DNA of 64,000 nucleotides from Somniosus microcephalus (GCA_052327205.1 CM126214.1:176328001-176392000), one strand, 5' to 3'. Shown: positions 12,301-32,985, numbered from the stretch's first letter. Notes: generated by a model from the letters alone, not told the origin. Translations and numbers: made by a program.

Positions 12301-15300
12301 AGGCCATTAGTACACTCAGGCATTAAAAAAAAAAAAAAAATGTTCTTGGGTTTTTCTTTTCCGATAGTGAGCTTTCCTGTTTAAGCTTGTACATCCCATT
12401 TCCACAGCAGTCTTACACCCTTGGTATCATGCAGCTTCTTATCATAACAGGAAGAGGAGAAAGTTTTACAAGAAAATACATGGTCACTTGCCAGCAAAAA
12501 GACATATTTGCTGAATTATACATTGTGTTCCACAATAATGGTCACCATCCTGTAGGGATGGTAATATTCCCACTATAAGCCTTAACATTTAAAAACCATC
12601 GAGTCAGAGTTAAATCATAAACAAGGCTGTTAAATCCACAAGAACTTGTAAATTTGAGTAACACCAAACTTTCTATTGCTGTTACAATCTCAATCCCGCT
12701 AACTATACCCATCTCTTGTTAACAGATAAAGATATCAATATTTGCCATTTCAATCTATTACTTTTTATTTAGTACACACCAAGAGATGTATAATAGTACC
12801 AGAAAAATATACTGGATTGAACATTTATGTTGGCCAAAGATCTCCACATCAGAGCTGTAGTGGTCTTATTGATCCAAGACCCATGATCCCTGTACCTCTG
12901 TCCCAGGTCTGGTATTTGTATTGGGCTCTACTAATAAATATCATTCTGAGAACACAACCCTAAATTGACTACATTGTATTATCTTCAGACATATTTCCTC
13001 AACATCAAACCTTCACCTAAGCAACCTCACTCAATTCCTTCAACCACTCATACGTATAAATGTCAGGCCCTTTGCATTCACAGGTGCAGAGGTATGTGCT
13101 CAAGTGTTCTGCAGCGGTGAGGAGGTTAACTCAGCCTGTACTATTTTGGCAACTTTATTTAAAACAAAGTTCAAAATGACAATTAAAAAAAAAACTTACT
13201 GAGAACATTCTGCAGTTTTGCCTTTGCTCTGGTAATCCATGATACACTGTATCAAATGATTGTTTTCATCCAACATCTAAAATCAAAAATCATTAGAAAA
13301 GTTTAGTTACATTGAGGAGCCACAAACCAAATATAATAGCTAATTTAGGACTGTTCACATTTAAATATTCACTTCACTGGGGTACAGTACCGATGAGCTA
13401 TTAAAAATACAATGCTCATGGTAAACTGAAATAATGTTTGCAGACTAGCCTGCAATTATTACCTGACTTTTAACCACGTGAATGGCTCATTTTACAGTGT
13501 TTGAGTTGCAGCTCAACGGTACTGTTACGACCTGTCCTGAAAACTAGCAGAAGACCCTTGGATACGGTGTCTATTTTGGTTTGCTGCTCTAGAACAAAAA
13601 ATAACACTCCGGACTCACATCACTGCAGAATTTACAGACTGGACTTCTGCTTCGGAGTTTAAAAGTGGTTTCTGGCCCATAAAGGATACTGTTTTCTGTT
13701 GGTAGCTGAGGCATCCTTGAGCTGATCACTTGAAAGCAACTAATATATTTATCAGCCATACACAAAATGCTTGTGTAAAGTTCCATCTCAAATTCTACAA
13801 AATATAGGAATCATGGTTTTAAACACACTCTTTGATGATCTGGTCCAAATATCAATTCTTCATAATGGAAGAATGGTGTTCGCCTCTTCTGACACTGTAC
13901 CAATTAATTACTGGTCTTCAGCCAACCCCGCAACAGACATCACTGCAGGAGTTCCTCAGGGCAGTGTCCTAGGCCCAAACACCTTCAGTTGCTTCATCAA
14001 TGACCTTCCCTCCATCATAAGGTCAGAAATGGGCATGTTCGCTGATGATTGCACAGTGTTCAGTTCCATTCGCAACTCCTCAGATAATGAAGCAGTCCAT
14101 GCCCGAATGCAGCAAGACGTGCAGACGTCCAAAGATGTGCAGGTTAGGTTGATTGGCTATGATAAATTGACCCTTAGTGTTAGGGGGATTAAAATATGTG
14201 GGGTTACGGGGATAGGGTGGGATATGTGTTGGTGTAGGGGTTACGGGGATCGGGTGGGATATGTGTCGGTGCAGGCTCGATGGGCCGAAATGGCCTCTAT
14301 CTGCACTGTGGGGTTTCTGTGATTCTGTGATTGTGATTCTGTGACGTGGATGACATTCAGGCTTGGGCTGGTAAGTGGCATGTAACATTCGTACCACACA
14401 AGTGCCAGGCAATGACTATCTCCAACAAGAGAGAGTTTAATCACCGCCCCTTGACATTCAACCATCGCCGAATCCCCCACCATCAACATCCTGGGGGGGG
14501 TCACCATTGACCAGAAACTTAACTGGACCAGCCACATAAATACTGTGGCTACAAGAGCAGATCAGACGCTGGGTACTCTGCGGTGAGTGTCTCACCTCCT
14601 GACTCCCCAAAGCCTTTCCACCATCTACAAGGAAGTCAGGAGTGTGGTGGAATACTCTCTACTTGCCTGGATGAGTGCAGCTCCAACAACACTCAAGAAG
14701 CTCAACACCATCCAAGACAAAGCAGCCCGCTTGATTGGCACCCCATCGTCCACCTTAAACATTTACTCCCTGCACCACTGGCGCACCATGGCTGCAGTGT
14801 GCATCATCTACAAGATGCACTGCAGCAACTCGCCAAGGCTTCTTTGGCAGCACCTCCCAAACCCACGACCTCTACCATCTAGAAAGACAAGGGCAGCAGG
14901 CGCATGGGAACACCACCACCTGCAAGTTCCCCTCCAAGTTACACACCATCCTGACTTGGAAATATATGGCCATTCCTTCATCGTCGCTGGGTCAAAATCC
15001 TGGAACTCCCTCCCTAACAGCACTGCGAGAGTACCTTCACCACACGGACTGCAGCGGTTCATGAAGGCGGCTCATCACCACCTTCTCAAGGGCAATTAGG
15101 GATGGGCAATAAATGCTAGCCTTGCCTGCGACGCCCACATCCCGTGACCAAATTTTAAAAAATGAATCCTCAATCAGTTGATCATTAAGAGTGGGCCAGT
15201 TTAGTTTTGTTTGGAGTTGAAAAATTTGTGCTGGGACAGACATTCAATCATTTGAGAAATATTGTATGTTATCTCCCAATTATGGCGCATATGGTTTAGT

Positions 15301-17758
15301 GAAATCCAATCATTGGGGACTCCACAAAACAAAAAAAAAGTAAAATAAAAATAAAATTGGCACTCTGTAATAGAAGGTATGTGTTTGCTAATTATTCAGT
15401 ACGTTGTGTTTACAAGCTTTCATCCTGCATCAATGCTAGTTATTTTCATTTCCTGTTTCCAGACACTAGTTTTGTATTTGAGCATTAGTCAGGTGTTACA
15501 GTAAATTATTCTGTTTTCTGACATAAATGTAAAATCAAATTGAGCACACACTAAAATCCTACCTTTTCATTGTGTACATTTCCAGCATTTTTCTTCTAGA
15601 AAACTTGAATGTTAAGACCGTACAGGTAAAACAGTTGCAAGCAACAGGGGGTTTGGAAGGGAGTGAAAAATCAAGCAGCCACATAAAATGAGTGGTTCAT
15701 TCTGTTGATATAAAATGTACAAATAAAATGTGAAGCAACTTTATTAATTGCTTCGAGTGTGTTTAATTTCTCAATTGAATAGACAGCCTTTCCCCACACC
15801 CATCCAAATGGATGACTGCTAACCAAATAAGCCATAGATCCCTAGTTATTTTTAAATGGAGTATTCACCTGCCCTATTCCAAAATGACTAAAGTTCCCAT
15901 GTCATATCTATCTTATTTGCAGCTGACCTCGTTAAAGCTGTGTTAATATACCCCATCTCCCAGGAAAAGCAAGATGGCAGAAAGGTACAGAAAGAAAGAA
16001 ATTATGCAAATATTAACACTGGTGACTATTTGGCTAATTATGCATATTTTTGCACCTTGTAAAGGGAGATCAACATTTTTATTTTGCTATTTGATCTCTT
16101 TGTGCTCAGATATGTTGTAGTTTGAAGGCACTGTTCATCGAAAAATAATCAGTTCAATCCTATTACAGTCGTATGGCATTAAATGATATTTGATCTGATT
16201 AAATGAGATTGATCTGATTAACCGGTTACACATTTTAGGGGCCAATCCGTGTTACGCAAATACATATAGAAATGCAGTTAACATGAGGCGAGGTTGTTCA
16301 CATCGGCAGTGACAGAAACAGATGCGAAGTGGTGGGTGTTTAGCAACAATGCTCCCTGTCCATCGGATGGCAGCACGATGGTTTGCTGAGCAGGATGCTG
16401 ATGAGGTGTTGATTGCTGTCTGCACGGACACCTTTTCTTCTTCGCCATTATTAATCCGCTAAACTACCAACGTTTCCCCCCCCCCCCCACCCCCCCCCAC
16501 CAGTCCACTCACCTCTTCCATCGACACCAGCCTCTCCTCCATCATCAAACCCAAATACCCGGCACAGAACTGAATGCTAAGCACCATCTGGATAAAGTTT
16601 GGCGATTTTTCAGCTCGGTTTGGGAGAGGGAGAGGATGAGGTATAGGAGGGGGGGGGGAAGGGAAAATCAAAATCAAATGCTTGGGCGCCCACAATATCG
16701 TCATTCCCAGCTAACGGTTTAGGCAATAACGCACCTGAGGTCTCAAGGAGCTTTATTCAGTGCTAAGAAAACGTCTCCCTCCTTTGCAAAAAAAAAGCAA
16801 TCCCATTTACAAGAATTATTAAACTATTCAAAGATTGCAAGTTTCAGTTCATTACTTAGTACGGTCCATTACGTTTTTAGGCTATTTTAATAAAAACGAA
16901 TGACCCAATTTGGAACAAAAAAACGCACAACTGCGTTCCCTGGTACCATTTTGACGTTTCCATTCCTCACTAAAAGTAGCACTTTTATTAAACAATTACT
17001 GATCGCATCGCTTAACGCGCTACATATGTTATAGGTTTCTAAAAAATAAAAACATACATGAATGCAGTTTTTTTTAAACTGTATTTGTTTTTAGGAAATG
17101 TGCAAGACAAATAAAATCACTGAGTGGTTTATTGGCACTCGTATTTCAACCCCTGCATTGAGCAAATTACAGTGCAGACAAGTAACTGCACATTTGACGT
17201 TATTTTATAGAAACGCACACGTTAAAACAAATTTCACGTGTCAATAATAGAGGTGCAATCGTTTTGCTATAAGTAGACGTGATCGGTGCTTTACAGAGGG
17301 GGCAGATAAAAAATCAAATATATATAAATATTTTAAATGACATTAAACAGTGCACTGGCTCCTTAACCCCCGTTGCCCCATGTGTCTGCACTATCACACC
17401 TTGCTTTGTTCAGAGCTGGTGCATTCACAATCCTGGAGAGAGAGAGGGGGGGGGGAGAACCACTACTGTCCCCAACCAGGATCCTCAAATGATCAAAATC
17501 CCGCATTTCAAAATTGAAGGAGATTCTCACAAAAGGAGAAATAAATACATGAAAATTTAGGAAATCGCACTCACAAAAAGGGAAGGAATTAAGTATGTTT
17601 TTTTCCCCACACAAAAAAAATTGGGAATTTTGCAGATTTGCCACAAAGGATTACTGAATCAAATCAAATATAAATAAGAAGACGTTTACCTTTTGAATGG
17701 TGGCTTGGGTGACCTCCCCTTTCCCCCGCTGGCGAGCTGATGCAAAGGCCACGGACAT
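6300..17758 (-). CDS. SS18L1: SS18-like protein 1 (CREST, nBAF subunit), 5' part: coding exons 1-3; gene continues off the left edge
   Basis: Exons 17758-17690, 13276-13200 and 6384-6300 splice in frame with GT-AG sites to MSVAFASARQRGKGEVTQATIQK/MLDENNHLIQCIMDYQSKGKTAECSQ/YQQMLHRNLVYLATIADSNQNMQSLLPA (SNH/SSXT domain). Residues SA, EVTQ, DE, YQS and HR, plus adjacency to PSMA7/LSM14B, favour SS18L1 over SS18. Confidence 0.9.
8540..8750 (+). mobile_element. Deu-domain SINE 3' half
   Basis: atatttatccctcaatcaac...tcattggctgtaaagcac matches the other copies. Confidence 0.75.
8930..9567 (-). mobile_element. CR1-clade LINE, 5'-truncated
   Basis: ORF 9015..9590: [20 protein letters not shown]...GYGEKAGTGY; same family as 4755-5539. 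Confidence 0.9.
10645..11005 (+). mobile_element. CR1 3' fragment
   Basis: ggtgatctaattgaggtgtttaag...gatcagccatgatctaattgaatggcgg. Confidence 0.75.
11332..11420 (+). mobile_element. CR1 3' tail
   Basis: atcagccatgatcctattgaatggcggagcagg...(tatgt)n. Confidence 0.7.
13200..13276 (-). CDS. SS18L1: SS18L1 coding exon 2 (77 nt)
   Basis: ttttag|ATG...TCT CA|gtaagt; MLDENNHLIQCIMDYQSKGKTAECS. Confidence 0.92.
13935..15150 (+). mobile_element. LINE (CR1/L2 group) RT C-terminal fragment with a V-SINE 3' half inserted at about 14122-14342
   Basis: [10 protein letters not shown]...FINDLP...MFADD RT motifs; TIYK..VRSVVEYS..AW...WNSLP; SINE flanked by gacgtg on both sides. Confidence 0.85.
17690..17758 (-). 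CDS. SS18L1: SS18L1 coding exon 1 (69 nt)
   Basis: ATG...AAG|gtaaac; MSVAFASARQRGKGEVTQATIQK. Confidence 0.92.
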
Positions 17759-24752
<6,994 letters not shown>

Positions 24753-24846
24753 AGCACAATTATACATAAGATATAGTTCTGTGTTCCCTGTTTTTATCAT
24801 GGTAAAAGCTGAGCATTCCACATTTTACTAATTCCTAATCGACTGG

Positions 24847-24852
24847 AATAAA
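24847..24852 (+). terminator. Probable PSMA7 polyadenylation signal
   Basis: First AATAAA after the stop, about 95 nt downstream. Confidence 0.6.
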
Positions 24853-26432
24853 TTGAAGAATTTTACATTGTAAAACTACTGAATATGACATTCTTTCCAC
24901 TTTCTGAAATCACTGACTGTTCCTTCAGAAATTTTACTTTCTGAAATGATTGAGCTTCCCAACTCTGCCTACAGGCCAATCTCTAGTTATGTTGTGAGTC
25001 AAGCATACAATCTAGGGTTTTGCTTAAAGAACAAAAAGAATTGGTCTAACTTAATTGCCCTAACAATGAATTAGTTTGGTTAAAGTCAATGAATGAGGAA
25101 GACTATTTAAGTTGTTTACCTTCACATAATTCAGATTAATCAATCTTCAACTTCACTCATTCTTTGGACCCAATCCTCATTTTCTGTACTTTTTGTAAAG
25201 GCTATGCCTTGGTCTGATATACTAAGAAGTATACACCTAAATAAGTAGTTTAAGATTTCATGGTTGAGTTGACTAGCTTTTTTCTATCGGGAAACAGTTT
25301 ATCCCACTTTGTCACTTGGGTCAATATCAATCTGGTGAGCATTACTGTCTGGACCTGTTCAGATATTTTTTTTTATGGTGTTTTTTCAGGGCAGCCTTAG
25401 TATTTTAACTAATAAGTAATTAGTAACTCGAGTCCCACCAACATTCTTTGTTTAAAATGTGAGCATGAAAAATGTCCCCTACCGGTTAGTATTAGGATGT
25501 CATTTATCTGCTACAAAGAAAGCTCCATACTTTCATTTAGACTTGTGTATTTTGTTCCATTACTCTTTTCAATTCCTCAATACCACATCTTTTGGTAGAA
25601 TTAGGGTACACAGAATGAGGTTTAAGAAAGGAATCACATGCTATGGCACTGAACTGTAATGGTAACAAAGGTCCCAAGTTCAATCCCAGTTTGTGCTGAG
25701 TTAACTGGAATAGTGGTGGGAGCATTATAGTTGGCCCAACATCCATAGATTAAGATGGAAGGGAAATTTTAATGTTCCTGCTATCAAGTGACTCCTGATG
25801 GAAAGTATGTGTGGACATGAGGTGAGGTGAGTAGTGTCCTATGTTAGAATACAACAGTCCAGCTTTACACATACATCCAGCATGAATTGTCATCTTCAAA
25901 AGGTGCAAGATAATTAAACTTTGCTACTTCAATACTTGTTTTAGAATAAATTTCAAAATATTTTGGGAGGAGGTAGCTTTGAGCTATGATGAGCCCAATA
26001 ATGAGTAAAATGAAATACCATACAAACAGTACTCCTAACTTAATAAATTGATATTTCAATTCCTCAGTGCCAGGCTCAATCAATCCTCCATTACCTGTTA
26101 CCAATTTGACCACCTATTGGAGAGAAATACAACATAATTTCATCATGTTTGTTTGGATGTAAAATTAACTTTGGTGAGACTATTACATGTTGTAAGCTCC
26201 TGTGCCTGATCTCCCCCAGAAGTGCCCAACTGCCAGATTGGGCAAGTGTCTAGGATTCCCACCTGGAACAGGCATTAAGCTCCTTGCATATGTAAATTGG
26301 GTCCCATTGCCATGCAAGCTCCACCTAGCTGCACCAAGACTTGATCAACCAGGTTACAGTTCTGTGGAGCTTCCCCTGACTCTAAATATACTGTGGGCCG
26401 CTGCCAGCCCCCCCCCCCCCCCCTCCCTCCTG

Positions 26433-27752
26433 TGTCAGCTGTGGCTCAGTTGGTAGCACTCCTGCTGTGGAGTCCAGGGACTTGAGCACAAAGGTCTAGA
26501 CTGACACTCCAGTGCAGTACTGAGGGAGCACTGCACAAGGTGCCGTCTTTCGTATGAGACGTGAAACCGTCTGCCCTCAGGTGGATGTAAAAGACCCCAT
26601 GGCACTATTTTGAAGAGCAGGGGCGTTATCCTATTGTCCTGATCAATATCCCTCAATCAACACAAAAACTATATCAATGATTTGGAGAGTACCAAATGTA
26701 ATATATCCAAGCTTGCTGATGATACAAAGCTAGGTGGGAATGTAAGTTGTGAGGAAGATGCAAAGAGGCTTCAAGGGGATATGGACAGGCTAAGTGAGTG
26801 GGCAAATGGAATATAATGTGGAGAAATGTGAATTTATCCACTTTGGTAGGAAAAATAGAAAAGCAGAACTTTTTTTTTTTTTAAATGGCGAGATTGGGAA
26901 ATACTGGTGTTCAAAGGGACCTGGGTGTCCTTGTACATGAATCACAGTTAACATGCAAGTACAGCAAGCAATTAAGAAAACAAATGGTATGTTGGCCTTT
27001 ATTACAAGCGTAAAATGTCTTACTGCAATTATATAGGGCTCTGGTGAGACCACACCTGGAGTATTGTGTACAGTCTTGGTCTCCTTACCTAAGGAAGAAT
27101 ATACTTGCCATAGAGGGAGTGCAGCGAAAGTTTGCCAGACTGATTCCTGGGATGGGGAATTGTCGTACGAGGAGAGATTGAGTAGACTAGGCCTATATTA
27201 GCGTTTAGAAGAATGAGAGGTGATCTCATTGAAACATACTAAATTCTTACAGGGCTTGAGAGAGTAGATGCAGGGAGGATGTTTCCCCTGGCTGGGGAGT
27301 CTAGAACCAGGGCTCAGAGTCTCAGAAGGGGTCAGCCATTTAGGACTGAGGAGAAATTTCTTCACTCAAGGTGGTGAATCTTTGGAATTCTCTATCCCAG
27401 AGGGCTGTGCCGGCTCAGTCATTGAGTATATTCAAGACGAGATCAATAGATTTTTGGATACCAAGGGGATCAGGCAGGAAAGTGGAGTTGAGGTAGATGA
27501 TCAGCCATGATCTTATTGAATGGCAGAGCAGGCTCAAAAAGGACAGAATGGCATACTCATTCTCCTATTTATGTTAAAACAGATTATCTGCTCTTTATCA
27601 TGTTCTTGGTTGTGGGAGCTTGCTGTGCACAAATTAGCTGCCACATTTCCTACATTACAACTGTGACTACACTTCAAAACTTACTTCATTGGCTGTAAAG
27701 CGCTCAAGACATCCGGTGGTCGTGAAAAGCATGATATAAATGAAAGTCTTTC
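26433..27752 (+). mobile_element. Deu-domain SINE interrupted by a decayed CR1 (about 26670-27575)
   Basis: SINE head tggctcagttggtagcactc to cctcaatcaacacaaaaac; CR1 with ADDTKL-like gctgatgatacaaagct and RPHLEYC; SINE resumes at aaaacagattatctg. Confidence 0.8.
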
Positions 27753-28063
27753 TGCCAGTACCTTCCTGCAGGTTGGCTTGGAGATGGGCGGAATTAGTCA
27801 GATGAGCTGCATCGGGCTGTCTGACTCACTTGTTTCATTCAAAGTAGGTCTGATGCTGAATGTAGCTATGGCCTCTTGCCAATATCAGGCACACATACGA
27901 ACCACCCACTTCACACTGGAAACCCGTGCAAGTTGAATTTCTCACCATTGTGTTTAATAGTGGGGTGGGTATGCTCTCACCCCCCCCCCCCAGCTGGAAC
28001 GGCAGCAGTTCAGTGTATATACAATTATTTTCTTCAGGGGAAAAATAGGACCCATTCACGTTA

Positions 28064-28377
28064 CAGGAAACTTCGCGAGATCCGGGACCGAGCTGGTGCC
28101 GTTAGATCAAAACTTCCGGATAGACTAGCGCTAATGTTGAAGGATACGGAAGTTTTCATCTCAGTTTCTGACAATAAACACTTGCTTAGCAACAGCTTGT
28201 AAACACAGCCTGTACCTTGGAAACATCTGAAGCTGTTGCTAAGCTACAGAGACACTTTCCACAGCCTGTTTAAAAAATGCTAGGGGAAGAAAAAAAACCT
28301 AACAAAACGGCTGCTGATTTCTGCCGTTAGATCAAGGTTTCCGGACATACAACCTCCGGCTAAACCAAAGTTTCCTG
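28064..28377. mobile_element. Tc1/mariner (pogo/Tigger-like) MITE, copy 1
   Basis: TA|caggaaactt...aagtttcctg|TA; perfect internal 15-bp inverted repeat at 28184-28198 / 28230-28244. Confidence 0.8.
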
Positions 28378-28538
28378 TATTTTCACGTTTGATAAAGTTA
28401 GAAAATATGCTGGCACATGGAATTAAGGCACCTAGTTAGAAATAGGCTTGGAGGGAAAGGATAAAAGGAGGCTTCTTCAACTAGAATGATGGTCATAGAT
28501 CTGGACTGAAGTGTCAATTTGCCAATACCTGATGGTAA

Positions 28539-28592
28539 AACTATTTGGATGAAATGATGGATAGAACTATTTGGATGAAATGATGGATAGAA
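28539..28592 (+). repeat. 26-bp tandem duplication
   Basis: aactatttggatgaaatgatggatag x2. Confidence 0.85.
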
Positions 28593-28999
28593 GTCAGTGG
28601 TGCTCACATGAGAAGATGCTAAGGAGTAGGGGTGAGATTAGCTGATAAGGGCAATGCCACAGCAATATGAAGGAGCTGGCAGTGATGAGTCAAGTTTATT
28701 GCCAGGATGTCACTATGTCCATCCATAATGAAATTGTTAATTTGAAAGAGCAAACATTCAGGAGGACCACACAGAAAGGGGCAGTGATTCTATCTGCTGG
28801 TAGTCAAAGGGGGCAGTAGTGGAGGGGTGAATGGATGGGGAGGAGTACATTGGATAATATGGCAACTGGAAGCAGAGAAGGTGCAGTCAAGGTGCTGCTT
28901 GGGAAGAGGCAGAGATCAGTACTATGGTGAGCATAGCAATATAGAGGGAAACAATGGTCTTGTTTAAGAGGGACTCAAGCCTGCCAAGGTGGATTGAGT

Positions 29000-29460
29000 G
29001 AAGGAAGGCAAAAAGAAAAACCAGCACAGATTTCTTGGTTTTGTGCCTGGAGGTATACAATACAAAAGCAACAAAGTACTGTTGAATTTGTACAAAATCA
29101 TAATTAAGTTGCAGTTAGAATACAGTACACAGTTTTGGAGACCCATTATAGGAAGGGCATAAAAGCAATAGGTAGTGCAGATACTAGAGATGAGGGATTG
29201 TGTTATGGAGATACACTACAAAATTTCTGGCTTTTTTCCCCCCACTAGAATGGGTGATCTGATGAGGTTGTGAAGATTGAGTCAGTGAAATGGTTAAGAG
29301 GATATAAATTCAAGACAATCACAAAAATAATTAAGGGAGTTAGAGAAAGAGTTCAAATGTGGCACTCTCAAACCATAGCTGGAAAGTGGAATAACTAGGT
29401 GGCTGATGAAGAAAAACAAAAGTGTGCAAACTTGATGGGCCAAATGTCCTGTTTCTGCAA
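29000..29460 (+). mobile_element. Old CR1 fragment
   Basis: Degenerate ...cagttagaatacagtacacagttttgg... and ...gatgggccaaatg tail. Confidence 0.5.
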
Positions 29461-29518
29461 TAATTAATTAACTTTAGTATTCAAATTAATAAGTACATTT
29501 GTAAGGAGACACCTTATT

Positions 29519-30147
29519 GGGCCCCATTTGCGACCTACGGGTACGTACACGCCCATACAAATTCCGGGTTTAGGCATGCGAAGCGCATAAACCCGGAACT
29601 TGAGATCGGTCAAGAATCTTCTTGACAAGATCATCCGCATCCCAGGAAAAGGGCCGCTGCAGGTGGAGAGTTGCGCTATTTGCCCAACTTCTGCCCGCTG
29701 AATGCCCATGAAATTCTTGCACCTGGTAAAAGCAAGCGTAAGGCCTGCTTTTACCAGCACAAGAGTTTTAAAACTAGAATAAAACATTTATATTAAAAAC
29801 CCTGTCCAATAAAGTTTTTCAGCCTCATTAAAACAATTCAAAAAATTAAATTGGTTTAATATTTAATGGCATTTTAATTAATTAAGTGCAATTTTTTATT
29901 TCATGTATTTTAAGTGATCCCATTCATACTTATGGGGATTCTGTACATACATACATACCGTAAGTAGGAATGCAGATTCCCTTTCATTGGTTGGGCCGGG
30001 GCCGCTGTCCACACGTACCCAGAGGCGGCCAGGAGCACAAGTCTCCGTACCTCCTGGACCACCAGGCAAATTTGTAGTTTTTTTTAAAAAAAACACCAGG
30101 TTGGAGGCATCTGCCTGTGGAAAGCCTCCGACTGCAAATTTTGGACC
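29519..30147. mobile_element. Harbinger-like non-autonomous element / MITE
   Basis: GG-initiated imperfect ends gggccccatttgc / gcaaattttggacc; ATT on both flanks; internal palindrome ctggtaaaagca...tgcttttaccag. Confidence 0.5.
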
Positions 30148-31099
30148 ATTATGTTCAGGAAAGCCACATAATGCACATCCACTAGGTGATGTGCAAAAAA
30201 AGGACAATGTTATGCTGTATCAAGGCTGCAGTGCTAAACGTTCAGTATACTAAACTGTAATTACTAGTCATAATAAATACATACATTTGAAACTTACAAG
30301 TTGATTCTCTCTTCCCTCCCTCCCAACCCCAAGTCAGTCTGGAGATGTGGGCATTGCTGACATTTAATGCCCATCCTTAGTTGCCCCAAGAAGATGGTGG
30401 ACTGTTGCAATCCATGTAATGGTGCTCCCATAATGCCATTAGGTAGGGATTAGTAGTTTGCTCAGAGTCAGTCATGTTGGTATGGAACGAGTCACATGTA
30501 GGCCAGACCAGTAAGGACAGCAGGTTTCCTCATGTCCTTAATGATTAGTGAACCAGTTGGATTTTTATGACAATCTGATAGCTTAATGGTCATTTCCATC
30601 CACCCCAACCCCACTACAAATTTTATTTCCAGATTTTTTTTCTAAACCGAATTCAAAATCTCAAATTGCCATGTTGGGATTTGAGCTCATTCTCTGGATT
30701 ATTAGTCTAGCAACATAACTACTGCATTCATACAGCTAAGGACCAGTCTCATCTTGGAGTCTTATTTAACTCACTGCATTTAATTAAATTGTACATGAGA
30801 ATTTAGATATTTGTGCAGTGATAAAAACTATATAAATGCAACCCTTTCTTAAAATGGACAACCTTTGTGGGAAGGCATCAGCAGGTACAACTGTGGCTAG
30901 TACATGCAGATGACATCCAACAAAAAGTGAGCCTTTTCTCATCCTAGATACATAAAACACATCTACATTGATCTGCAATATGGATCAAAAGCTTTTTTCC
31001 CCACCTCTGCTGGGGAATTTTACAATTTAAATACACCATGAAAAGGATATCACATGTTCAGGTCAAGCAGAGCAAAGACCTTAAAATAAGAGAAGGAAA

Positions 31100-32985
31100 A
31101 ATATTTTTGCTTGTCATTTATTAAATCATTGGGGTATTTGCCCAATGTTAAAGTGTACTTCACACAATATTTATTGCTACAAGAGTGCAGTTACCATGGC
31201 TTTGTGACATTACATAATGTCGGTCTTCAAAAGTTCAAAGTGTGCAATAACAGGCTTGCTTACAGAACAATGAATGCTCCAAAAAGGTAGTGATCTTCCA
31301 CCAAAGCTAGCCAACTCTTCCCAGATCAACAAGTGCCAAAAGGTTTTTTTTCCTTTTTTTAAATGAAACAAAGTTTATACAACACATTCAAACATCTGCA
31401 GGTATCTGAACATATTCAAAACAGGTTAGCTTTGTACAGAGCACTGCTGCACATTTCCTTTTCAAAAATGATTATCCTTGCCCTGCACACTGCAGTGAAC
31501 ATCCAGATTAGTAGTTTGATGTCTGGCATTACATGCAATTCTTGGTATTTATAGCATGAACAAAAACTTGAACTCGGTTTCACAGAAATTCCAGCACATT
31601 CATAAATTGGATGTATGCCAGGCAAAATAAACCACACTTATGCACATGCTACAACCCAAGAATTTATGTAAAGAATTGATGCCTCTGACGTGTAGCCCAT
31701 AAAAGAAAACACAGTAATCTTAGCAGTTGGACTCCCATCAGCATTATACCAACTTCATAGTACTAATGCACTGCAAAGAAGCAGCTTTTATTACAAGCCG
31801 GAAAATATGGAAGTCCATTGAGAATAGTTACACCATCTAAACTGGCACACATGCCTGAATGGATTTCAAATTGGTGTATATTTACACTGCTTTTTATAGT
31901 CGTACCATTTATTCAGATTCCAGGAGACCAGCATCATTGAGTAGTCTCACAGCATTTACATTGCTAAATTCAGCTGCTAAATTCAGCTCCTTTATCCGTA
32001 CGGCAGAATTGTAGACTCATGAATAACGATCTAGTCTACTGAAGTTAAGTTAAAATGATCCAGATTTAGCACCAATTGCTGGGAGCCAGCTGACCGATAC
32101 CAGTCTCCAGGAATCTGAATTAAACCAATATAAAAACAATTGCAGACAAATACAAAAAGGTTAAATAAAGCCATCCTTTTCACCCATGCAAACATGGAGG
32201 TTAACTGAAAAGCAGTTCCAAACATTGAAGATTGAAGAGAGCAGTTGGAAAGCACTTGAAAATAAGCCATTGTTTGCAATTGTTCCAATTACAAGGATAC
32301 TGTATATCAATAAACAAATTTTAAACTGTAAGTGAAGTGAACAGATGCAACTAAAAATATTTAAGTTACTCAATTCCAAGTGCATACACAAGGCATGGAA
32401 AATCTGCTCATACCAACTCATGTTTGTTACTGTTCATTACATCCTTTAATGATTTTACAATACTTAAAACTAGTTGTCTAAATTTAAGTACAGTAAAAAG
32501 ACAAGTCTTGCCCTTCAGTACCATGTGGAGCTGTGAGAGAATCTGCATGGGTGAGAAACATTTCAGATACAAAGATGCTTTCATGGTAATAGAAAGGACT
32601 GGTGACAATCCTGAGCATATGCAGCAACAGATACAACATGGAAGCTTTGTTCTTCAAATAATAAATTAAGCTTTCCTTGCACAATTGTGTGTAAACTAGC
32701 CAGTTACAGACAAGCAATTACTCCTACACCTGTTAAACACACAGCTAACCCAAAATAAATACATTCATCTCCTTTTCCACTGGATAAGGAGCTCAAAATC
32801 AATACAAAACCTTAATTGACAGGATACTAGAAGCAGCATTTTACAACTAGCTTGCCAGTTATTCCTTTGGGTGTATTTAAACAAAAATGAATACCCACTA
32901 GTTCACAAGTAACATCCGTAGTGCCAATTCTTAGTGTATATACACAGAACCCAAAAACCCAAATCTTCAGCATCGCCTAGAGTTT
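31100..32985 (-). other. LSM14B: Probable non-coding terminal 3'UTR exon of LSM14B
   Basis: Donor TAG TAA G|gtatag 4 nt after the stop. Strong acceptor (ctaat, T-tract, gcatttcag|) at 32986. About 1.9 kb AT-rich with no recognisable repeats. AATAAA on minus at 31170-31175 and 31117-31122. Confidence 0.65.

Noticed and set aside
6300-17758. Calling the gene SS18 (and the neighbour PSMA8)
   Set aside because: Most diagnostic residues are SS18L1-type and LSM14B is adjacent, which matches the PSMA7 locus. Some ancestral-looking SS18-type residues remain, so a phylogeny would be needed for certainty.
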